Shown here: piece after piece, positions 57,097 to 64,000 of the stretch
How the letters are laid out: each line of letters opens with the position of its first letter
How positions within the stretch are numbered: position 1 is the stretch's first letter
Assembly (NCBI GenBank): GCA_040876885.1
Contig: JBBDOU010000012.1
Span: 5,986 to 69,985 of the forward strand
From: Minisyncoccota bacterium
GTDB lineage: Bacteria > Patescibacteriota > Minisyncoccia > Phycocordibacterales > JABMNX01
Direction: 5' to 3'
Length of the DNA stretch: 64,000 nt
The notes under the pieces: model-generated
What the model was told of the DNA's origin: nothing
The model's input: only the letters and a program-made list of their open reading frames with translations
Databases searched by the model: none
Position numbers and translations under genes: made by a program

Positions 57097-58470
57097 ATGA
57101 ACGTTACGTTTATTAAAAATATATTTTCTTCTCAGAAAGTTGTTGTGCGTATTGCGCCAAGCCCCACAGGGCTCCTTCATTTGGGAACTGCGCGTACTGC
57201 ACTCTTTAACTACCTGTATGCAAAAAAACACAATGGTGTCTTTGTGCTTCGTATTGAAGACACAGACAAAGAAAGAAGTACCCTGGAATACGAGAAAGAT
57301 ATTCTTGAAGGTCTTTCGTGGTTAGGTATAACCCATGACACTTTCTTTAAACAATCAGAGCGAATGCATGTATATACCGACCACCTCAAACGTCTTATTG
57401 ATTCTGGAAAAGCATACGTCTCAAAAGAAGAAAGTACACAAAATCCTGGGATGTTTATTGAAGTTGTCCGGTTAAAGAATAAAGGTGAAGTGGTAACCTT
57501 TACTGACGAAATACGAGGAGAAATTACATTTGACACGACATCACTGGGGGATTTTGTGATTGCACGCTCTATAACAGACCCGCTATATCACCTTGCAGTA
57601 GTCATAGATGACCATGAGATGGGTATTACACACGTTATCCGTGGGGAAGACCATATTTCCAACACCCCTCGTCAAATACTCATCCAACGTGCTTTTGGTA
57701 TGTCTGAGCCTAAATATGCCCATATTCCGCTTATTTTAGCCTCAGATCGCTCAAAAATGTCCAAACGGAAGGGAAGTACTTCTATCACAGAATATCGAGA
57801 AAACGGCTATATTCCAGAAGCTATGCTTAACTACATGGCGTTCTTAGGATGGAACCCAGGCACTGAAAAAGAAGTCTATACACTTAAGGAATTGATTCAT
57901 GATTTTTCTCTCGACCAAGTGCAGAAGGGGGGTGCTGTCTTTGATATTTTGAAACTCAACTGGTTTAACGCGGAGCACTCAAAAAAGATACTCGATTCAA
58001 AGATTCAACTCGAAGTTCTTGAAAAAATATTCCCAAAAAATAAAAATGAGCTTGCTGTGATGACAGAAGAAGTACTGAGGAAAATGTACGATGTCGTGAT
58101 AGAGCGAACGGGAACAAAAGACATTCCAACGTATCGCTCAATACCTGAATCAGAATTTAATTACTTTTTTGCTGACCCGCAAATAGAGACAAAGATCTCA
58201 TGGAAAGAAGAGGGGAGTGAGACAACAAAGAAAAATCTCACCGTTGCTATTGAGAAATTAAGAGTGCTCTCTGAATACGAATTCACAAAAGAGGCGGTAA
58301 AAGAAGCGCTCTGGAGTTACGCAGAAGAAGTAGGGAAAGGCTCACTCCTGTGGCCAATTCGTGTCGCACTCTCTGGAAAAGAAAAATCACCCGACCCATT
58401 TACACTTGCAGAACTACTTGGAAAAGACGAGACTCTTAAACGTATTGAACATGCACAAAAAAATCTCTAA
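57097..58470 (+). CDS. gltX: Glutamyl-tRNA synthetase
   Basis: PSPTGLLHLGTAR (HIGH) and KMSKRKGS motifs. Confidence 0.9.
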   Translation: MNVTFIKNIFSSQKVVVRIAPSPTGLLHLGTARTALFNYLYAKKHNGVFVLRIEDTDKERSTLEYEKDILEGLSWLGITHDTFFKQSERMHVYTDHLKRLIDSGKAYVSKEESTQNPGMFIEVVRLKNKGEVVTFTDEIRGEITFDTTSLGDFVIARSITDPLYHLAVVIDDHEMGITHVIRGEDHISNTPRQILIQRAFGMSEPKYAHIPLILASDRSKMSKRKGSTSITEYRENGYIPEAMLNYMAFLGWNPGTEKEVYTLKELIHDFSLDQVQKGGAVFDILKLNWFNAEHSKKILDSKIQLEVLEKIFPKNKNELAVMTEEVLRKMYDVVIERTGTKDIPTYRSIPESEFNYFFADPQIETKISWKEEGSETTKKNLTVAIEKLRVLSEYEFTKEAVKEALWSYAEEVGKGSLLWPIRVALSGKEKSPDPFTLAELLGKDETLKRIEHAQKNL

Positions 58471-59827
58471 CCATTACCTGCGCTCGATATATATTGTCGC
58501 TTTCTTGATAACGTGTGTCTTGGTGTTTTCTTTTTTTTCATTTGCTGTCCAAACACCACATGCTTCAGCACAGAGCGTTGAAGCACTTCAGAAGGAAATA
58601 TCTGATTTTAATGCAAAGATTAAGGCGCTCGAAGCGGAGATAGCAGAATACGAAGCAGAGCTCAATGTTATTGGAAGTGACAAACAGACACTCCAAAAAG
58701 CAATTCAAGAGCTTGATATTTCACGAAAAAAGCTTCTTACTAACATCAAGCTCACTCAAAACCAAATCTACTCAACAACACTCCAGATACAAGAGCTGGG
58801 AGACGAAATAGTAACAAAAGCAGACCGCATTGAGAATGATACTAATGCGGTTGCTCAAGCACTCCGCAATATATATGAATTTGAATCGCAGTCTATGCTT
58901 GAGGTTATTCTTGGAAATAAAAATCTCGATGCATTTTGGAATCAGCTTGAAACATTACAACGCTTTCAAAGGGTCGTTCGAGATGAACTCAAGCACCTTA
59001 AGGAATTAAAAGTGGAACTAGAAGAAACGAAACAAACCTCTGAAAAAAAGAAAGCGCAACTCACAAACTACAACACGCAACTTTCTGGGCAGAAAATAGT
59101 ACTCGAAGGAAATCTTTCAGAGAAAAATGTTGTCTTAGATAAGACTGTAGAAAAAGAGTCCGAGTATCAAAGACTTCTCAGTGAAAGAATCGCCGCGCGG
59201 GAGGTATTTGAAAATGAAATGCTTGAGCTTGAGTCACAACTCCGTACTATTATTGACCCAAATAGTATCCCTCCTGTGGGTTCAGGAATCCTGCGATGGC
59301 CCCTGAGTAATTCACAAATGATAGCCTGTGCAGGGTATAAGAAGAGTCTTGGAAACGAAAACTGTATTACCCAATATTTTGGAAACACCCCGTTTGCCTC
59401 AGCAAATGCTCAGGTGTACTCAGGAAAGGGTCATAACGGGGTTGATTTTAGAGCCTCTGTTGGGACAAAGCTTCAAGCAGCACTTTCTGGAGTGATAGTT
59501 GAGACAGGGAACACTGATGCACAAAAAGGGTGCTACTCATATGGTAAATGGGTTCTTATTAAACACAACAACGGGCTCTCGACGCTCTATGCACACCTCT
59601 CACTCGTCTCAGTAGAAGCTGGGCAAGTCGTCTCTACGGGAGACGTAATCGGATTTAGTGGTAACACAGGCTACTCAACTGGGCCACATCTCCATTTCAC
59701 AGTGATTGCAAGTCAAGGAGTCCAAGTGGTTCGTTTGGGAGACGTCAAGAAGATTACAAACTGCGGGAATGTTCGTATTCCCATAGCACCTCTTGATGCG
59801 TATCTGAATCCACTCTCATACCTATAA
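58451..59827 (+). CDS. M23 family metallopeptidase with N-terminal TM and long coiled coil (EnvC-like murein endopeptidase)
   Basis: C-terminal HNGVDF and TGYSTGPHLHF LytM motifs. The start was set at the ATG 20 nt inside the gltX 3' end. Confidence 0.8.
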   Translation: MHKKISNHYLRSIYIVAFLITCVLVFSFFSFAVQTPHASAQSVEALQKEISDFNAKIKALEAEIAEYEAELNVIGSDKQTLQKAIQELDISRKKLLTNIKLTQNQIYSTTLQIQELGDEIVTKADRIENDTNAVAQALRNIYEFESQSMLEVILGNKNLDAFWNQLETLQRFQRVVRDELKHLKELKVELEETKQTSEKKKAQLTNYNTQLSGQKIVLEGNLSEKNVVLDKTVEKESEYQRLLSERIAAREVFENEMLELESQLRTIIDPNSIPPVGSGILRWPLSNSQMIACAGYKKSLGNENCITQYFGNTPFASANAQVYSGKGHNGVDFRASVGTKLQAALSGVIVETGNTDAQKGCYSYGKWVLIKHNNGLSTLYAHLSLVSVEAGQVVSTGDVIGFSGNTGYSTGPHLHFTVIASQGVQVVRLGDVKKITNCGNVRIPIAPLDAYLNPLSYL

Positions 59828-59935
59828 AAAATATAGCAGTCCTTTGTGTATAACTTTACTGAAGTGGGATTATAAAAAAGTTAAAATAAAAACAGTAGGT
59901 CGAATTTATCTAATACGCATAAACTATCTAACAAT

Positions 59936-60175
59936 ATGAACGCAGTACACATGGTAGCATTTATTCTCCTTGTTGTAGGAGGCCTTAACTGGCTCGCAGT
60001 TGGAGCCCTTGGTTGGGATCTTGGCGACCTCTTTGGAGGACAAGACGCAATGATCTCTCGAGTTATCTACATCCTTGTAGGACTTTCAGCTATATACCAG
60101 CTCTTCACGCATCGAACATGTTGCAAAACATGTTCAACAAGTGGAGCACGTAACATGGATGGAGGAACAATGTAA
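59936..60175 (+). CDS. DUF378-family small membrane protein
   Basis: VGGLNWLAVGALGWDL signature. Confidence 0.65.
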   Translation: MNAVHMVAFILLVVGGLNWLAVGALGWDLGDLFGGQDAMISRVIYILVGLSAIYQLFTHRTCCKTCSTSGARNMDGGTM

Positions 60176-60207
60176 TACCTTTTTTATAAAGGATACACAG
60201 CTCAAAG

Positions 60208-60242
60208 AAAAAACGACCCGCGCTACGCAGGTCGTTTTTGTT
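60208..60242. terminator. Bidirectional intrinsic terminator (AAACGACC-loop-GGTCGTTT)
   Basis: An 8-bp stem with A6 and T5 flanks. It serves the DUF378 gene on + and the 60255-60521 gene on -. Confidence 0.7.
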
Positions 60243-60254
60243 TCCTTTGATTCT

Positions 60255-60521
60255 TTAGTTCAAGGAGTGTAGCGAACCAGCTACGCGAATTATTCTGGGA
60301 ATCTTGATGCCAGGATACATCACATCAACTGTTTTTATAGGGCCATCTACTTCACGTTCCCAAAACCTAAGAAACCCATGAATCCGTGGGAGCTCAGGAA
60401 CCAAGTCGAGCTCTTGTTTGATGAATTCATTGAGAAGACTTGGAAAGTCTGGAAGGTGATAGAAGATTCTAAAAGTAACCAATCTACAATCCGGATGCGC
60501 CTGAAGAGATAATTCACTCAC
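60255..60521 (-). CDS. Hypothetical small protein (88 aa), GTG start with perfect AGGAGG SD
   Basis: AGGAGG lies 6 nt upstream of the GTG. No family assignment. Confidence 0.5.
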   Translation of the reverse strand: MSELSLQAHPDCRLVTFRIFYHLPDFPSLLNEFIKQELDLVPELPRIHGFLRFWEREVDGPIKTVDVMYPGIKIPRIIRVAGSLHSLN

Positions 60522-60631
60522 GATAAACCTCCTCTAAAAGACTAAAGGAAACAACTCACTATTGGTAGTTTTACTCTAAATACAGCATTGTTGCAATAAA
60601 CTAATACGAGCCATTGTGTGGATATTAAAGA

Positions 60632-60668
60632 AAAAACCACTTTTTATATTTCTATAAAAAGTGGCCTG
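60632..60668 (-). terminator. Intrinsic terminator of the minus-strand two-gene operon (CCACTTTTTA-loop-TAAAAAGTGG then T6 on the - strand)
   Basis: A 10-bp perfect stem. The stop codon of the Cys-rich ORF lies within the hairpin. Confidence 0.7.
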
Positions 60669-60819
60669 AGATATACTGTGGTTGTTGTGGGATTGGTTTG
60701 GTACCACACCCACCACAGCTGGTGCATGTTTTAAAAGATTTACCAATTAACTTCCTCGACTTCGTTTTTTTGGGTCGAAGGAGACTACCGCTACCTCCAC
60801 ATCGGGAACAGGTTTTCAT
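60652..60819 (-). CDS. Cys-rich basic small protein, 55 aa (MKTCSRCGGSGSLLRPKKTKSRKLIGKSFKTCTSCGGCGTKPIPQQPQYISGHFL), a zinc-ribbon candidate missing from the ORF track
   Basis: Two CxxC pairs plus an extra Cys. Its start forms an ATGA overlap with the upstream gene's stop. It is followed by an intrinsic terminator. Confidence 0.5.
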   Translation of the reverse strand: MKTCSRCGGSGSLLRPKKTKSRKLIGKSFKTCTSCGGCGTKPIPQQPQYISGHFL

Positions 60820-61193
60820 ACCTTTTTCCGAACTTTGTGAACTATAAAGTCGAGGAGGGCGACTCCCACAAGCACAATAAACGACTTGTTTAAAAAATCT
60901 TTGATGGGGAACACTTCAGTATCAAGACTTACGTCTGTCAAAATGAAGCTGACACCTAACGGAAAACAAAAGTACACAAGAATCTTCCTAACCATAAAGA
61001 AAAAGAATTGCCAGAAAACCTCTGAACCCCAATCGTCTTCTTCATCTTCAATGGAAAGGAATTCGTCTTCAGAATAATTCATCTTACACCTCACTGACTT
61101 ATCTATTTTTCTAAAAAAAATAATACCATGGTAATTATTCTCGGTCAACCGAGATATGAGTGATTCAAGAGGGGAGTAGGCGTGTAAAAACAT
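60816..61193 (-). CDS. Hypothetical 2-TM membrane protein with acidic N-terminus (alternative start at 61082 would give 88 aa)
   Basis: Both candidate starts have an SD (GGAGA or GAGGTG). The hydrophobic C-terminal half is consistent in both versions. Confidence 0.45.
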   Translation of the reverse strand: MFLHAYSPLESLISRLTENNYHGIIFFRKIDKSVRCKMNYSEDEFLSIEDEEDDWGSEVFWQFFFFMVRKILVYFCFPLGVSFILTDVSLDTEVFPIKDFLNKSFIVLVGVALLDFIVHKVRKKV

Positions 61194-61526
61194 TGGTCTG
61201 TATTCTCCTACACCACATGCTCTATACGTCCAATCTTTTGATGAGGCGACCTAATGGAGATACTTTCCCTCAATACAATACATTTTTAGAAATAATATAC
61301 GTAAACAGGTAAAGAATTAAACCCTGAATTATTTAAGAAAATTTTAAAAATATTTCTTCAGACATATAATACCTTATACGTGATGACATACAAAAGCCTT
61401 TTGTAGGTACCTAGAGATGTACTATAGAGGCTTCTAGGCCCAATCATGGGCATATCCAGTTAGAAGTATATATACACCGTATATTAGTGCGCAAAAGATA
61501 TATTGTGCGACACTTATGTAGTTTGC

Positions 61527-61961
61527 TTATACAGCTCTATCGCCTCCTAATAAGACGTGCCCCCCGATTAGTTCCAGTACTTTACTATTTATGAAGTTCT
61601 CTGGTATTTCTTCCAGGTGTAACCATTTCCATTCAGAAAACTTTTCGGGCTCCTTCAATTCTGCTTCTTGTGAGGAATTACAGATGAAGATATGGACTTT
61701 ATCACCTTCTTTTGCTCCTGGAACTTCCCCAGCATATTTTTGAACATTTAGATCTGTAATTCCAACTTCCTCAGCAACCTCACGAAGAAGCGTTTTTTCT
61801 AAAGTTTCTCCCTGGTCACATCGACCACCTGGAAGCGTCCACACAGATATCTCTTTAGTGTAATGCCGGAGACCGGTGAGAATTTTCCCTTCACGAACAA
61901 TAACTGCAACCGGGCAAGACGTATTACTTCCAATTTCCTGTAATTTCTGTTTAGGCTCCAT
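61527..61961 (-). CDS. NUDIX hydrolase
   Basis: Nudix box GGRCDQGETLEKTLLREVAEEVGI. Confidence 0.85.
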   Translation of the reverse strand: MEPKQKLQEIGSNTSCPVAVIVREGKILTGLRHYTKEISVWTLPGGRCDQGETLEKTLLREVAEEVGITDLNVQKYAGEVPGAKEGDKVHIFICNSSQEAELKEPEKFSEWKWLHLEEIPENFINSKVLELIGGHVLLGGDRAV

Positions 61962-62045
61962 ATTCAGATTGTAAAATGCTTATTCTTATAATTCATTTTA
62001 TTATAACATATATGTATTTAGTTCGTGTAATGCGTCGTCCCTCAA

Positions 62046-62411
62046 CTACAAATCCTCACTAAAACTAATCTCTAGTTTACAAATCTCCTGCGGTCCAGCA
62101 ATCTCAATATAGTGATGCTGATATCTTTTCGAACTCTGCTCTGCAGTAAAGTTATAAATTTTTGTGTTATGAGTCTTTGCAAACTCTTGTAGTTGCTCAA
62201 GCGAATCGCAGTAAACCTCTATGGAAAGATTCTGAGTTAACGGCTGATCCTTCCCTTCCATGAGATTAATCAAGAAACCGCCATGAGGAACTTGAAAAGT
62301 TACCCATTTCTGGTGATTATAATTTCCAATTTCTTCTTCAAAAAACCGACCGAGAAATATCTTCATATCTTTAATATATTCTCCACAGACAAGATATAGA
62401 CCATACTTCAT
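62046..62411 (-). CDS. Hypothetical protein (121 aa, possible VOC/glyoxalase-like fold)
   Basis: ORF with weak pattern similarity only. Confidence 0.35.
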   Translation of the reverse strand: MKYGLYLVCGEYIKDMKIFLGRFFEEEIGNYNHQKWVTFQVPHGGFLINLMEGKDQPLTQNLSIEVYCDSLEQLQEFAKTHNTKIYNFTAEQSSKRYQHHYIEIAGPQEICKLEISFSEDL

Positions 62412-62630
62412 ATACTCTTAATTATAGCGATTTTCGATTATTTTGCGACATTTGTTCTTGTAGTCTAGTTTATACGACGTATTTATACTTTTACCATCTT
62501 AGTAAATCAACTACGAGGAGACACTGCCTCAACATTCCTTTTGGACATAAATCCCCTCTTCTCTCTTACAAATAATCTGCTAGAATTAACGGAGTCACTT
62601 TATTAAAAATAAATATCAAAAATAGGTACT

Positions 62631-63035
62631 ATGAAATCATTATCTAATTGGGTTCCTTTAGTTGCCCGTATTCTCATTGGGGGAATGTTTATTATGGCTG
62701 GGTTCACTAAGATTACTTCTTTTGCAGGAACGGTTGATTTTGCCGCATCCGCAGGACTCCCCTTACCTGCTCTTGCTATAGTAATAGCTATCGCAATCGA
62801 GATACTCGGTGGACTTTCTATTCTTCTTGGATACAAGATTTTTTATGGCGCTGCTTCGGTAGCTCTATTTACGCTTGTAGCTTCATTTATATTCCATGGA
62901 AACTTTGCTGACCCAATGCAACAACTACTCTTTACTAAAAACATGGGCATCGTTGCTGCGCTTCTCTATATGCTACACTTTGGCGCTGGAGAATATTCTG
63001 TAGAAAAGAAAGAAGAATCTCAAGGAACTCTGTAG
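62631..63035 (+). CDS. DoxX family membrane protein
   Basis: LVARILIGGMFIMAGFTK and about 4 TM helices. Confidence 0.75.
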   Translation: MKSLSNWVPLVARILIGGMFIMAGFTKITSFAGTVDFAASAGLPLPALAIVIAIAIEILGGLSILLGYKIFYGAASVALFTLVASFIFHGNFADPMQQLLFTKNMGIVAALLYMLHFGAGEYSVEKKEESQGTL

Positions 63036-63053
63036 TCATTACCACCGCAAAAT

Positions 63054-63089
63054 AAAAACACGCCACATGAGATGGCGTGTTTTTATTTT
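63054..63089. terminator. Bidirectional intrinsic terminator (CACGCCA-loop-TGGCGTG)
   Basis: A 7-bp GC stem flanked by A5 and TTTTTATTTT. Confidence 0.7.
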
Positions 63090-63098
63090 GTGGGGTGT

Positions 63099-63506
63099 TT
63101 ATTTAGCTAACGCAAGTACCATACCTCCCCAACACTTTTGTGAATACTTCCATGGTTTTGTTCCCATCTTTTCATATAAAGAACGGGCGTATTGCAAGTT
63201 TCCTTCAAGTGTATACAGGTCGACATTTGATTCCAGAGCAGTATCGAGGTGAAAGTCTTCGTTAATCTGCATCACCCCAACGTCTCGTGGGTTTTCTTCT
63301 CCTCGGAGAACATTACCCCGTGTATCAAAGTGTCTAAACCGTGATTCACACTCCGCTATCTCTGCCAGAATCGGTACGTCTGAGAAATATATACGTACAT
63401 ACTGCTCTACGTATGCAGGAGTCTGCGTTACCTTTGCTACTGTCGACTCAAGATGAGTAGGGTCAGCAGCAGCGGTAAACATAAACGCTAATATAGTTAA
63501 TATCAT
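63099..63506 (-). CDS. Secreted SLT/lysozyme-like glycosylase domain protein
   Basis: A signal peptide, then a catalytic-type E-S and a GVMQINE motif. Confidence 0.5.
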   Translation of the reverse strand: MILTILAFMFTAAADPTHLESTVAKVTQTPAYVEQYVRIYFSDVPILAEIAECESRFRHFDTRGNVLRGEENPRDVGVMQINEDFHLDTALESNVDLYTLEGNLQYARSLYEKMGTKPWKYSQKCWGGMVLALAK

Positions 63507-63849
63507 GTTTTAGGCGTATGTAACGTGTCAGAAATGCATCTTTTCAGAACATTTCTTTTTTGTTAATACGTCATTAATGGTAAAAGAAAAATCTGGCTCG
63601 TCTGCCAGATAGAGCTGTATTATAGCATCTGTCATTTATATTGTCAATACTCCAACAAAGAGTACCGGCTCGTCTATGTACCGATCAAGAAAAGCCCTAG
63701 AATGGCTTAGATGACGCCTAAAACCATGTTTATAGAGGTAAGCGCTGTACTAATGAAGCCAGTAGCCAACGCAAGGTTTTGTTTATCGTAGTACCACTTT
63801 TTTTTATGAGTCATATCTTTTACTTAAAAAATTCTAATCTAGATGTGCT

Positions 63850-64000
63850 TTATATACACACCTTATCCATAATTACAGTATACGCCTCATCAACAGAGTC
63901 AACGAGCGTGTACATGTTTATATCTTCCTTAGAAATAGTGTGGTGTGTCTCAAGAAGACCTTTCTCTATCCATTCTAATAATGGACCCCAGAAATCCTTC
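63850..64000 (-). CDS. LOG-family (TIGR00730 Rossmann-fold) protein, 3' end only (partial, runs off the window)
   Basis: The C-terminal peptide ...DFWGPLLEWIEKGLLETHHTISKEDINMYTLVDSVDEAYTVIMDKVCI matches the LOG C-terminal pattern (FW.PLL.F......G.I.......). The frame is open to the edge. Confidence 0.5.
   Translation of the reverse strand, partial: KDFWGPLLEWIEKGLLETHHTISKEDINMYTLVDSVDEAYTVIMDKVCI

Overview
This is a low-GC (roughly 40%), gene-dense bacterial window; genes are mostly on the + strand, separated by short intergenic spacers and several clean bidirectional intrinsic terminators. Gene content, reduced protein lengths (AlaRS without a C-Ala domain, short L13 and epsilon) and many lineage-specific membrane or secreted hypotheticals suggest a Patescibacteria/CPR-like organism; that assignment is an inference. 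The standard genetic code is in use, since TGA terminates genes in ATGA overlaps. Confidently recognised genes are: partial atpD and atpC; a convergent RND permease with a long coiled-coil membrane-fusion protein; a flavodoxin-like NAD(P)H quinone reductase; ychF; leuS; mltG; mnmA; mgtC; purN; a Cas4-like nuclease, NADAR, a minimal Ogt, ung and a SpoT-type HD hydrolase; an EamA transporter; pepF; a truncated alaS; the infA-rpmJ-rpsM-rpsK-rpsD-rpoA-rplQ-rplM-rpsI ribosomal block; grpE-dnaK-dnaJ; plsC followed by an acyl-ACP-reductase-like gene; an orphan histidine kinase; trpS; aspS; pepA; scpA; scpB; a PBP5-like dacA; mraY; ftsW; murG; gltX; an M23 peptidase; a Nudix hydrolase; a DoxX protein; an SLT-like glycosylase; and a partial LOG-family gene at the right edge. 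No rRNA, tRNA, CRISPR array or transposase was found. The items most worth a second look are an ATP-cone domain fused to a restriction-endonuclease-like domain; a DNA base-repair island whose core is NADAR translationally overlapped with a minimal Ogt; a sigma-region-4 plus HARE-HTH chimeric protein; plsC overlapping an acyl-ACP-reductase-like gene; a two-gene insertion where murD normally sits in the dcw cluster; a 43-aa membrane peptide cassette with textbook promoter, SD and terminator; a perfect 42-44 bp palindrome next to a duplicated mltG 3' end; two unannotated small ORFs, ribosomal protein L36 and a Cys-rich peptide in an ATGA overlap; and a recurring extended -10 element placed 5-10 nt upstream of start codons, which suggests leaderless mRNAs.
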